From Verrucomicrobiales bacterium (GTDB taxonomy: Bacteria; Verrucomicrobiota; Verrucomicrobiia; Verrucomicrobiales; V1-33): DNA of 64,000 nucleotides. This document shows positions 28,866 to 38,291 of the stretch, in pieces. A program made the translations under genes and the position numbers. The notes beneath the pieces were generated by a model. The model saw only the letters and a list, made by a program, of their open reading frames with translations, was not told the origin of the DNA and did not search any database. The stretch spans positions 16,086 through 80,085 of the forward strand of contig JANOAV010000123.1 in NCBI GenBank assembly GCA_031411295.1, read 5' to 3'. Every line of letters begins with the position of its first letter. The stretch's first letter is position 1.

Positions 28866-30008
28866 TCAGCCTTCGGTGGGGCGCCCGCCGATCAGCGTCT
28901 GCCACACGGTGAAATCGTCCTCCAGCACGGCCAGATCCGCTTGGTAACCGGGCTCGATTCTCCCTAAATGCGGCCATCCGAGCGATTGGGCTTGGTTCCA
29001 ACTGGTGGTGGCCACGAGGTCTTTCAGGGGCAGGCCGGTCAGCTCTGCGACATTTCTTAGGCCGTGATTGAGCAGGAGGGTGCTCCCCGCTAAGGCACCA
29101 TTTTTCAAGCGGGCTGCGCCATCGTGCACGGAAACGCTGAGGCCGCCGACGATGAAGTCCCCATCGGGGAGGTGGGAGGCCGCAATGCTGTCGGTGATGA
29201 TCATGAGCTGGCGCAGGGGCTTCAATCGGAAGACGAGCTGGAGCATATCGGCCGAGAGATGCAGACGATCACAGATCAACTCGATGAGGATGTCTGGATC
29301 TTGTAATCCTGCTCCCACAATCCCAATTTCCCGATGGTGCAGGGGCGTCATCTGGTTGCAGAAGTGCGTTAGGTGGGTCAGCCCGGCTGCTTTAGCTTCG
29401 ACGAACTGGGCGTAGGTGGCGGCGGTGTGGGCCAGGCTGGTGATGAAGCCACGTTGCTTGGCTCCGCGGATGAACTCCATGCCGCCGGGCATTTCCGCGG
29501 CCAGGGAAATGATGGCGATGGGGGCGATCTGATGCATCCGATCCATCTCCGCGAGGTCCGGCGGTCTGACGAAGGCTGGGTTCTGGGCTCCCAGACAATT
29601 TGGATTCAAAAATGGTCCCTCGATATGCACCGCCGGAGCCTGGGCGAACGCTGGATCGCGCTGGTAAGCGGCCACGGTTTGCAGGCACTGCGTTAATTCC
29701 TCCGGGGAACTGGTCAGCGTGGTCGGAAGAAATGTAGTGACGCCCTCTTTAAGTTTGGCGGCCGCCATGGTGCGCAGGCTGGCCAACTCACCCACGCAGG
29801 CATCTCCGCCGCCAGCCCCATGGGTGTGAAGGTCGATAAAACCCGGCAGCACGCGCCGACCAGCGACGTCGATGATACGGTCCGCCCTTGGCAATGGATG
29901 ACCAGCCGGGTGGATGGCGTGAATTGTAGCATCACGGACTTCGATCCCTACGTTAGGTAAATCCAGACCGGGGGAAATGAGGTGGCAGTTTTTGAGCAGG
30001 AGCGACAT
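28866..30008 (-). CDS. nagA: N-acetylglucosamine-6-phosphate deacetylase
   Basis: PGFIDLHTHG, HIEGPF, AHTAA, THFCNQM, LAGS, G.IEPGYQADL. Confidence 0.95.
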   Translation of the reverse strand: MSLLLKNCHLISPGLDLPNVGIEVRDATIHAIHPAGHPLPRADRIIDVAGRRVLPGFIDLHTHGAGGGDACVGELASLRTMAAAKLKEGVTTFLPTTLTSSPEELTQCLQTVAAYQRDPAFAQAPAVHIEGPFLNPNCLGAQNPAFVRPPDLAEMDRMHQIAPIAIISLAAEMPGGMEFIRGAKQRGFITSLAHTAATYAQFVEAKAAGLTHLTHFCNQMTPLHHREIGIVGAGLQDPDILIELICDRLHLSADMLQLVFRLKPLRQLMIITDSIAASHLPDGDFIVGGLSVSVHDGAARLKNGALAGSTLLLNHGLRNVAELTGLPLKDLVATTSWNQAQSLGWPHLGRIEPGYQADLAVLEDDFTVWQTLIGGRPTEG

Positions 30009-30122
30009 GAGAATGGTTTAGCAGTAAGCGAAGGATCCCAGTGGAACAAGTGCCGCTACGAATTAGAATGTGAGCTGCACGGGCATGGTTGCACTTTGCT
30101 GGATTCCATGGATGGTGCTCGC

Positions 30123-31652
30123 ATGGACTTTACTGTTGATGAATTTCTTAAAGTGGCTGGTCAATTCCAACTCGGGGGATTGGATACGGAGGCGCAACAC
30201 CCGCTGACGTTGGACCTGAGTCGTCAGGCGCAGCAGGATTTGCCGGCAGGCATTGCGGCGTTAAAGGCCGTGGATCTGCTCGCGCTGGAAATCATGGAGC
30301 AGAAGGCGTCGGGGCTGCCAGCGCTGGCCGCCTCCATTGGGCAAACGTTGCAGGCGGGGCATCGGATCTACCTGTGTGGTTGCGGAGCTACAGGGCGGCT
30401 GTCGCTTAGTTTGGAGTTGTTCTGTCGCCAGGGGTTGTTGCCACCGGGCTATGAATCACGGGTGATTGCGTTTATGGCTGGTGGGGACTTGGCGTTGATT
30501 AAGGCGATTGAGAAATTCGAGGACCATCCGGAATATGGCGCCCGGCAACTGGACGAGTTGGGGTTTGCCGAAGGTGATCTGTTGATTGCGAGCACGGAAG
30601 GTGGGGAGACGCCTTGGGTCATTGGGGCCACGGAGCGCGCGGCGGAATGCTCCAGTAATCGCCCGTGGTTCCTCTATTGCAATCCTGATGAGGAACTCAT
30701 CGCAGTGGCGGAGCGCTCGCGTCGGGTGATCGAGAATCAGCACATTCGGAAACTAAATTTGGCCGTAGGCCCGATGGCGCTGGCTGGCAGCACGCGGATG
30801 CAATCCAGCACCGTGCTCATGGCCGCGATTGGCTTTGCGATCCAGCATCGGGATGATCCGGCGGGTGCGGCGGCTGAGGTGGGGGTGTTTAAACGCTTGT
30901 TGGAAAAAACCGATTTCTCAACCCTGGCACCGTTCACGGCGGCAGAAGCGAGGGTATATGCTCAGGGCGGTCGCGTGCTGTATGAGCCGGGGGCCTATGG
31001 CATGACGGTCATAACCGACACCACCGAGCGTGCTCCGACGTTCACGCTGCGGTCGTTTGAAAATCAATTGAAGCCGGAGGAACCAGCCAGTTGGTGTCAT
31101 CTGCATTTATGCGGGGTCCCCAATGGCCATGCCGCGTGGGAGGCGCTGCTACAGCGTGCGCCCCGGCCCTTGGAGTGGGAAGGCGTGCGGTCCCTGGCGG
31201 GAGCGGAGGTGTTGGCGGGTTATGATTTCTCCGATGCCCTCATCGCCAAGCGCGCGGTGCGGACTAACGGTCAGCATCACGAGCATTTCGTCATCACGGA
31301 TACTCCCAATGGATTCCGCTGGGAGTTCATGGGCTTGCGGCAGGAGTTCGACTTTGGGACGGTCTCGTTCTTTATGAAGAATCTCCTGCTGAAGTTGCTG
31401 CTCAATACCCACAGCACGCTGATCATGGGGCGCTTGGGTCGCTATGAGGACAATCTCATGACGTTTGTGAAGCCCAGTAACCTGAAGCTGATCGACCGTG
31501 CCATCCGCTATGTGCGCCTGCTGTTGAAACGTCGCACGGGCAATGATCTAACTTACGAGCAGGTCGCGCGTCAGTTGTTTATTGAAGTGGAGGGACTGGG
31601 GGCAGAGGAGGCCATTGTGCTGCGGACGTTCCATGCGTTGCTGGAGCAGTAG
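30123..31652 (+). CDS. Double-SIS sugar-phosphate protein, MurQ/glucokinase-regulator-like
   Basis: TEAQHP, GCGATGRL, AIEKFED, GETPWV, GPMALAGSTRMQ, DTTERAPTF, NLM...SNLKLIDRA; start 30108 or 30123. Confidence 0.8.
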   Translation: MDFTVDEFLKVAGQFQLGGLDTEAQHPLTLDLSRQAQQDLPAGIAALKAVDLLALEIMEQKASGLPALAASIGQTLQAGHRIYLCGCGATGRLSLSLELFCRQGLLPPGYESRVIAFMAGGDLALIKAIEKFEDHPEYGARQLDELGFAEGDLLIASTEGGETPWVIGATERAAECSSNRPWFLYCNPDEELIAVAERSRRVIENQHIRKLNLAVGPMALAGSTRMQSSTVLMAAIGFAIQHRDDPAGAAAEVGVFKRLLEKTDFSTLAPFTAAEARVYAQGGRVLYEPGAYGMTVITDTTERAPTFTLRSFENQLKPEEPASWCHLHLCGVPNGHAAWEALLQRAPRPLEWEGVRSLAGAEVLAGYDFSDALIAKRAVRTNGQHHEHFVITDTPNGFRWEFMGLRQEFDFGTVSFFMKNLLLKLLLNTHSTLIMGRLGRYEDNLMTFVKPSNLKLIDRAIRYVRLLLKRRTGNDLTYEQVARQLFIEVEGLGAEEAIVLRTFHALLEQ

Positions 31653-32121
31653 TTCAGGGCTTCAGCCCGTCAAACCCTCCCCGTGAATCAGACGTCTGAA
31701 CTCACCCGGGACAGGCCTGCGCGCTAAAGCCTAATGGCGCTTACTTAGGGCCCAAAACCTTGTGGTATCAGCTTTGCCGAGGTTTGGCTAGCAGCACAAC
31801 CGACTTGGCCCCGCCCCAAAGCTGCTCGCAAAGTAGCCGTCATCGCTCCGCGTGACGGCAGGCGTTGGCGTGCGCATTCGAGTTCGGAGCCAGTCTGCCT
31901 AGCGCAGGACGGCGTTGGCATCACCGGCGCATGGCAGGGCCGCTGGCGTATGGTGATTCGTAGCGGTGGCGGGACAGGGAAATCGCGCTGGTCATCACGC
32001 GGAGCGATGATGACTACTTTAAGGGACCGTAGTCCTGGGCTTCAGCCCGTTGCACCCTCCCCGTGAATCAGACGTCTGAACTCACCCGGGACATGCCTGC
32101 AGTCCGGCGGACTGCTCCCAC
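31649..32121. repeat. REP mosaic: two 72-bp direct repeats enclosing an inverted REP doublet, plus a GTGG-type REP
   Basis: 31649-31720 vs 32029-32100 match at 66/72; 31830-31857 vs 31993-32020 inverted match at 25/28; GCAGTCCGGCGGACTGCTCCCAC at 32099. Confidence 0.88.
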
Positions 32122-32129
32122 ACTCGATG

Positions 32130-34631
32130 TTAGGGCGCGGCCAGGCTTTTGAAATAGAGGATGATTGCTTCGATCTGGCGGTCGGAGAGGATGCCCAGGT
32201 AGGGCGGCATGCCAGTGTCAGGGTTGGCGAAGCCTTTACGCACCTTGGCGGTAGGGGTGAGGATGGATTCTTTGATGTAGGCTGCGTCCACGGAGACCGT
32301 TTTACCGGTGGTTAGGAGGGCCTCGCCTCCGAAGGAATGGAACCAACTGGGGCCTTTCATACCTTCCATTTTGCCATCGATGCTGTGGCAGGAAAGACAG
32401 CCCATTTGCAAGGCCAGGTGGTGTCCAGCCTCGGCGGTGGGCGTGAAATTTGCATCCGCTGTTTCCGCACTAACACCGGGAGCCTGCATGATGGCTGGGG
32501 AAATTCTGGCAGCGGCAAAGTCCAATTTTTCCAGCGAACGAATCGTGAACTCGGCCAGATTCTTGCAGGGAATTCCGGAGGCTAACTTCACATTCCACTC
32601 GACCTGCAGCTGCATTACCGGTGCCATGTTATCCAAACGCAGGAAAACGCTGCGGGCGTCCTGGCTCAATACTGCGCCCACCACGGGCAGGAATTCATGA
32701 CCCGGCGTGCCATCGAGTTTGTAGTGAGCGGAACCGTAGTCCTTGCTGCGCTTGTAGTTCCAACGCTGCGCGATAAACGCCCCTGGCGCGGCCAGGGAAA
32801 ATTCATCCAAGGGTTCGGCAAAGGTAAGCACGACGCCTTCCGCCACCGCGCGCACGTTGGTCGGCTGGGGATTAGGTTTTCCGGTAGTCCTAACGCGTTT
32901 CAGACCGCTGATTTTCTTCGCATCCGCGCCCCAGATTTGCAGCCCGCAGAGATAGAGCGATCCATCCACCGGATGAATGGAGCCCTTCAGCAACGGGATA
33001 TCCAGCTTCCAATCCATGGGCACCACGGCAGCTTGCTTGCCGTCTTCCGGCAGGAAGGCCTCGAACACCGCAGACTTGAAATAAGCCAAGTGCAGCAGGT
33101 GACCTTCCAGTGATCCTAACTTGGAATTGACGGCCCAGACTTGGCCCGCCGCACTCTGGTTGAGTTCATGCGGGATCCAGCACGTGGCCTCGGTCACGAT
33201 TGGAGGAGTGGGCGCGGGAGCGGCATCCGGGTAACCGTAGAAGGCCCCTGGCTGCACTAAATGAATCGGGCTGGTGGGAATGTAGTTTCCCTGTTGATCC
33301 GAGGCGCTAAGCACGCCGGTCTTCGGATGGATGCCCAGATACGGTTGCCGCAGTCCATTGCAAACCTCAGTCACCGTTCGCCCATCTGCTGACACTTCGT
33401 AAATGCGTCCGGCCCCATCTCCCTTGTTGGTAAGTTGCTGTCCGCCTTTGCAGATGTAGAATCCGCCACCGGGCTTCTTCACCATGTCCATGGGGTATTC
33501 CCGCGTCTCGGCGGTCTGGATGTAGGCATTGCAGAAGGTCTCGTAGCGTTCACACACACCGTCCTTACCGAGGTGTAATTTGATGATGCCGTTGCGAGTG
33601 AAGGTGTAAATTTTACCATTCACCACCGCCACGCTCTGTGGTTCACCCAAGCCGCTGGCAATGCGCTGCCAGGTGACTTTGGCCAAATCCCCTGACAAAC
33701 CGGAGGCGATCCAAATATCGCCATCCAGCGTGCATAGAACAGCCCGGCCATCAGGAAAGAAATCCATTCCGCTCATCCGCACATTTCGTTTCCAGGGATT
33801 GGCTAGAGGAAGAGAAATGTCGTCGATGGCGTAGGCTGCGGAGTTGTCGGCCAAAGTTGCTGTGGTCGTGATTTTAGGCGCAAACAACGATTTAACATCA
33901 TGTGGCTTCGCAACCGGAACGGCGGCTGTTTTTGCCATAAGGAATGCCCCATACCCCGCCATTCCACTGCCTAGCCTGCTACTTTTAAGCTCTACTGGAG
34001 TTGGGATTCCAGCCTGATCCAAGACTGGGCTTGGCCCGCTCGAACGTTCAATGTAGATGCTTGCGACAGAGTCTGTGCGCTTAACTGTCCAGCGATGCAG
34101 GAGGCGCTTACCTTGAATCTCATAGTGGACAGTGCCCGAATGATCCACCCCCAGCCACCGCCCCATTTCCCGAGGCACTGGCCCGCGTCCTAGCTCACGT
34201 GCATCCGCCGGAACTGGCCGGGGATCCGGCACCACCTTGCCATCAATGGTCCAGCCGAAGTAGCGGCCAGTGGCTGCCAGCGGTTTCCCAATTGGCTTCG
34301 GCAGATCCTTCTGCCCGGGTTCGGATTTCTTATTGAAAGTGTTATAAGAAATGGAGGCAATGCTCGTGAAAGTCAGGAAATTCCCATCTTTATCGCCCTC
34401 CCAGATCCCCGCCACCCGCAGCAAATCCGTATCATAGCAGACGAAAATATTATTCCGCAGCTTCAGAATCACGCCTCGCACCACCAGGTTTTCCTTGGGG
34501 AAACCCTGCTTTTCCCAATCCCGAAAGTCCACCACCGATTCCAGAAACGGCATCGCAGGCTCCGCATACGGGCCGAAGGTTTGGGCGTGGAGTTGGAGTG
34601 TGCAACAGAAGAACAGGAGCAGATATTTCAT
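32130..34631 (-). CDS. Secreted DUF6797-like/beta-propeller protein with C-terminal cytochrome c
   Basis: Signal peptide, YDTDLLRVAGIW, FFPDGR..CTLDGDIW, GLRQP, C-terminal CLSCH...YIKESILTP...GMPPY; start ATG 34631. Confidence 0.78.
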   Translation of the reverse strand: MKYLLLFFCCTLQLHAQTFGPYAEPAMPFLESVVDFRDWEKQGFPKENLVVRGVILKLRNNIFVCYDTDLLRVAGIWEGDKDGNFLTFTSIASISYNTFNKKSEPGQKDLPKPIGKPLAATGRYFGWTIDGKVVPDPRPVPADARELGRGPVPREMGRWLGVDHSGTVHYEIQGKRLLHRWTVKRTDSVASIYIERSSGPSPVLDQAGIPTPVELKSSRLGSGMAGYGAFLMAKTAAVPVAKPHDVKSLFAPKITTTATLADNSAAYAIDDISLPLANPWKRNVRMSGMDFFPDGRAVLCTLDGDIWIASGLSGDLAKVTWQRIASGLGEPQSVAVVNGKIYTFTRNGIIKLHLGKDGVCERYETFCNAYIQTAETREYPMDMVKKPGGGFYICKGGQQLTNKGDGAGRIYEVSADGRTVTEVCNGLRQPYLGIHPKTGVLSASDQQGNYIPTSPIHLVQPGAFYGYPDAAPAPTPPIVTEATCWIPHELNQSAAGQVWAVNSKLGSLEGHLLHLAYFKSAVFEAFLPEDGKQAAVVPMDWKLDIPLLKGSIHPVDGSLYLCGLQIWGADAKKISGLKRVRTTGKPNPQPTNVRAVAEGVVLTFAEPLDEFSLAAPGAFIAQRWNYKRSKDYGSAHYKLDGTPGHEFLPVVGAVLSQDARSVFLRLDNMAPVMQLQVEWNVKLASGIPCKNLAEFTIRSLEKLDFAAARISPAIMQAPGVSAETADANFTPTAEAGHHLALQMGCLSCHSIDGKMEGMKGPSWFHSFGGEALLTTGKTVSVDAAYIKESILTPTAKVRKGFANPDTGMPPYLGILSDRQIEAIILYFKSLAAP

Positions 34632-34703
34632 CGCTTCGGAAGTAGCGTTTCGAGGTGGCGATGCCAAGCAGCAATCCACCATAAACGAGGACCGCCATCG
34701 GGA

Positions 34704-35387
34704 CTAATCCGCAATCACCTCGACGACCACGCGGCGGTTCTTTTGGCGGCCTTCAGTCGAATCCGCAGGATGCAGCGGATGGGTTGAACCAGCGGCCACC
34801 ACCTGTAGTTTCTCCGCCGACAAGCCCCGACTGACGAGAAACTTGGCCAGGGATTGAGCGCGCAGGGCGCTCTGCCGATAGTTGATATCCTCTGAACCTT
34901 CTTTATTAGCATGACCCGTGAGGCGGAATTTCGCCCCCGGAGCCTGCGCCAGCACTTTTTGCACATCCGTCCAGATGCGTTGGTATTCGGAGGTTGGAAC
35001 GTGATCCGAGAGTCCGTAGAAGATCGGCGTGAGGACGGGGACCGAGGCCAGATCACGAGCCGCTAGTTTAGCCTGGAGTTGGGCCACGGTGGCCTCGAGT
35101 TCCGTCACCTTGGCCTTGAGGCGGGCGGTTTCCTCCGCGGTGGCAGTGGGGTTTTGCTTGGTGGCCTGAGTCAGGCGCAACGCCCGCTCGCGCATGGCCG
35201 TGAGTTCGGCCTCCTGGGCTTTCATGTCGCGCTGGAGCGATTGCATCAGATCGCTCAGCGTCTCCACCTGTTCCTGCGCTTGCTTGAGTCGCTCCTGCAG
35301 TTCGGTCACCGTGTTTGGCTCGGCACACAGCATCACCACCGAGCTGAACCAGCCCGGTATCCAGATGAGGGAAATGCTTCTTTTCAC
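34704..35387 (-). CDS. Coiled-coil protein with OmpA C-terminal-like peptidoglycan-binding domain
   Basis: LTGHA...NYRQSALRAQS...NRRVVVE; start uncertain (GTG 35387). Confidence 0.82.
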   Translation of the reverse strand: MKRSISLIWIPGWFSSVVMLCAEPNTVTELQERLKQAQEQVETLSDLMQSLQRDMKAQEAELTAMRERALRLTQATKQNPTATAEETARLKAKVTELEATVAQLQAKLAARDLASVPVLTPIFYGLSDHVPTSEYQRIWTDVQKVLAQAPGAKFRLTGHANKEGSEDINYRQSALRAQSLAKFLVSRGLSAEKLQVVAAGSTHPLHPADSTEGRQKNRRVVVEVIAD

Positions 35388-35537
35388 TTGTGACGGCAGC
35401 TTGGGAGGGTGGTCCTGCGGTCCGAGGAACACGCCTAGTTAGCGTGAATTCTTTCGTGAAACAATCGAAAAAAGACGGGAGGCGCAGAAATGCTTTTCTT
35501 ACTTGCGCAATGTTAAGCTGTGCTGACCTTTGGCCAC

Positions 35538-36929
35538 ATGAAATTTATCTGGTTCCTTGCCTTCCGCTATCTTAAGCCTCGTGGCACGTTCTTTTCCATC
35601 ATCACGCTGCTCTCGATTGTTGGCGTAATGTTAGGCGTGGGCGTCCTGATCGTGGTGATTGGTGTGATGAGCGGCTTCGAACGCAACATTAAACAAAACA
35701 TTCTCGGCCTGCAGGCGGAAATCGTCTTGAGTGAGTATTCACAAGTTTTGGATGAGAGCGGGAAGGCGCTGCCACGGCCACCGGACTGGGTGGATTGGAG
35801 GAAATGTCGCGAGTTGGCGAAGGCCATGCCGCACGTGAAATCGGTGTCGCCCTACATCAATCTCATCACCCTGATCGAACCGGACGTGCAGGGAAATGCC
35901 GAACCGCAGGTGGCCAACTTCCTGGGATTGGATCCCGATGACCCTGCCAATGAGGCGCAGTTGACCAAGCTGAAGAAGATGATGATAGCTGAGTCGGAGG
36001 GTGGCGGAGTCTTCGATCTGGGATCGGGTGCCAAGGGGGATAACATTGTGATCAATCGAAAACTGGCAAATCGACTCGGAGTGGGGGTGGGGGACAAGGT
36101 GAACACCTTTTCCCCGGAGATGATGAAGGAAGTGCGCGGTGCTTGGAAGCGGTGGGAGGCTACTAAAGACAAGCCTGAGGAGCGCAAGACGGCCGAGGAT
36201 GAAATGAGCAAATTGCTGGTGCCGACGGAATTTTACGTGGCGGGGATGTTTGATTCTCCGGCGCATTCAGACTTCGTGATCTTTTCCCTCGATAGCGCGC
36301 AGACCCTAAGTGGCAAGGCGGGCTCAGATTTCATTACGGGTCTGGCGGTGGCCACCGAGGACCCGCTGGCGGCTGATTCCACGTTCCGGGCGATGCTGGA
36401 TAATCCCCAAATGCCGCCCAACTGGGGTGGTCATACTTGGATTGACGCGAATCGGAATTTCTTCAACGCGATTCAAAACGAACGCAGCATGATGTTTCTC
36501 GTGCTGATGATCATCGTGGTGGTGGCCGCATTTTCCACCATGATCAGCATGATTATCTTTGCAGTGCAGAAACGACGGGAGATTGGCATGGTGCGGGCGC
36601 TGGGGGCCACCACGCCGCAGATTCTGGGCATCTTCACGGTGCAGGGAATGATTATTGGTCTGGTGGGTGTCATTGCTGGCGTCATTGCTGGCAAGACCGT
36701 CCTGCATTTCCGTAATCCGATTCGCACTTGGCTCAGTCAGAAGCTCCACATCGATATCTTTCCGGCCGATATTTACGGCCTCAGCGAGTTGCCCGCGTAT
36801 TTGCGCCCCGAGGACTTGAATATGATCTGTATCGTCTCCTGGTCGCTTTGCACGGTGGCAGCTTTGTTGCCTGCATTTATGAGCACCCAGGGTAATCCTG
36901 CCAAAGAACTCCGGGGTGGGTCGCAATAG
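35538..36929 (+). CDS. LolC/E-type lipoprotein-release ABC permease (FtsX/MacB family)
   Basis: LAFRYL, VMSGF, KRREIGMVRALGA, IYGLSELP. Confidence 0.88.
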   Translation: MKFIWFLAFRYLKPRGTFFSIITLLSIVGVMLGVGVLIVVIGVMSGFERNIKQNILGLQAEIVLSEYSQVLDESGKALPRPPDWVDWRKCRELAKAMPHVKSVSPYINLITLIEPDVQGNAEPQVANFLGLDPDDPANEAQLTKLKKMMIAESEGGGVFDLGSGAKGDNIVINRKLANRLGVGVGDKVNTFSPEMMKEVRGAWKRWEATKDKPEERKTAEDEMSKLLVPTEFYVAGMFDSPAHSDFVIFSLDSAQTLSGKAGSDFITGLAVATEDPLAADSTFRAMLDNPQMPPNWGGHTWIDANRNFFNAIQNERSMMFLVLMIIVVVAAFSTMISMIIFAVQKRREIGMVRALGATTPQILGIFTVQGMIIGLVGVIAGVIAGKTVLHFRNPIRTWLSQKLHIDIFPADIYGLSELPAYLRPEDLNMICIVSWSLCTVAALLPAFMSTQGNPAKELRGGSQ

Positions 36930-37032
36930 AAACCAGGGTCATGATTCTAGAACAACTCCGCTAACTACTTGCATTCTGGCCTTAAACTTGCTCTAATTAC
37001 TTCGGCGGCTTCCCGCCTGATGAAACAACCTT

Positions 37033-37521
37033 ATGGAAACAATACCGCAATGCGCTGCCACTTCCCGTGTGGAACCAGCGACCATCGAAGACCTGAATGA
37101 ACTCACCAATTTGGTGATGTCGCTCCTGTCTATGGAAGAAGATTTCGTCGTGGATCGGGAAAAGCAGCGCCAAGGCTTGAAGCTCATCCTGGAGCAACCA
37201 AACCGCGGTCGCATTTTCGTGGTGCGTAACGAGCATAAACTCATCGGCATGGTGAACCTGTTGTTCACCATTAGCACGGCTGAGGGTGGTTTTGTCATCC
37301 TAATGGAGGACGTAATCCTGCTGCCCGAGCACCGGGGGCAGGGCTACGGTGGGATGCTGTTGAAGTATGTGATCGATTTCGCCAAAAAGAAGGACTTCAA
37401 ACGCATCACCCTGCTGACCGATAAGATTAACGCCGAGAGCCAGAACTTCTTCACGCGTCATGGCTTCCACCATTCGCATATGATCCCCATGCGCTGGATC
37501 GCCAGCGAGCAGGCCGAGTAA
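37033..37521 (+). CDS. GNAT acetyltransferase
   Basis: PEHRGQGYG acetyl-CoA motif, N...QNFFTRHGF. Confidence 0.9.
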   Translation: METIPQCAATSRVEPATIEDLNELTNLVMSLLSMEEDFVVDREKQRQGLKLILEQPNRGRIFVVRNEHKLIGMVNLLFTISTAEGGFVILMEDVILLPEHRGQGYGGMLLKYVIDFAKKKDFKRITLLTDKINAESQNFFTRHGFHHSHMIPMRWIASEQAE

Positions 37522-37612
37522 AGGTCGCGAGTGGGGTGAATGGTCCATATGCCCCTGACAAACCCCAAAATCACCCTTGCCTGACTGGCAGGTATCCTGA
37601 TCCTTCCCTAGC

Positions 37613-38056
37613 ATGTCCTCACAGCCTCAGTCACCCTCAGAAACTCCCGTTCCGCCCAAAAAGCGCGTTTCCCGCTGGTTCTGGATCGCCCTGGTGCTGC
37701 CCGCAGTAGCGTTGGATTTTTCCACCTTGTTCACTGGCAAGCATTACGCGGTGCCCGCAGATGCCCGGGCCCATCAACTGGAACGCGCCGGCACTTGGCT
37801 GGCTTGGTCCATGGTGGGACTGATGGTATTCCTGGGGCTCTTTATCGGATGCTTGGTCTGGCGTTTCCGCCGACTTTCCCGCAATCCAGATCCGGGTTTG
37901 GTCCTGCTGGATGAGTTATACCAGGATTCCCTAGCGGAAAAGGCGGGTCGGAAATCAAGCGGAGCACCATCCGGCGGCTCCCCACCGCAACAGGAACTGG
38001 CCAACCCGCCTCCTCCAGAGTGGGAAAAGCAAGACGACTGGTGGCGCAAACCGTAA
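37613..38056 (+). CDS. Hypothetical membrane protein with 2 TM segments
   Basis: Two hydrophobic segments; C-terminal WEKQDDWWRK. Confidence 0.7.
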   Translation: MSSQPQSPSETPVPPKKRVSRWFWIALVLPAVALDFSTLFTGKHYAVPADARAHQLERAGTWLAWSMVGLMVFLGLFIGCLVWRFRRLSRNPDPGLVLLDELYQDSLAEKAGRKSSGAPSGGSPPQQELANPPPPEWEKQDDWWRKP

Positions 38057-38291
38057 TTCGAATGTGGCAGCATGTCCGCTGGACGACTGGTTCCGGGGGA
38101 GCGTGGCGATTTTGCTTCGAAGGCACAAAACGTGCTGATCTCTTGTGCCCATGGCACCGCCACCCAGCAGAAGAATTCATTTGCGGAATCGACTCCTCGA
38201 CTTGACGCCTTCCTGAGGGACGACTATGAATGCGACCCAGAAAAATTTGACTAACTGATCACTCCGAACTTCCAATCCCCCTCGTAACCCC

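Noticed and set aside
28860..28870. Selenocysteine recoding at the nagA TGA
   Set aside because: NagA is already full length at this stop and no SECIS-like hairpin was evident; other genes here use TGA as a stop
29982..30107. N-terminal extension of the SIS protein from the ORF track
   Set aside because: Overlaps the nagA start and covers the divergent promoter region; ATG 30108 or 30123 fits better
31649..32121. IS element, tRNA or riboswitch
   Set aside because: No transposase ORF, cloverleaf or recognisable aptamer; GTAG/GTGG feet point to REPs
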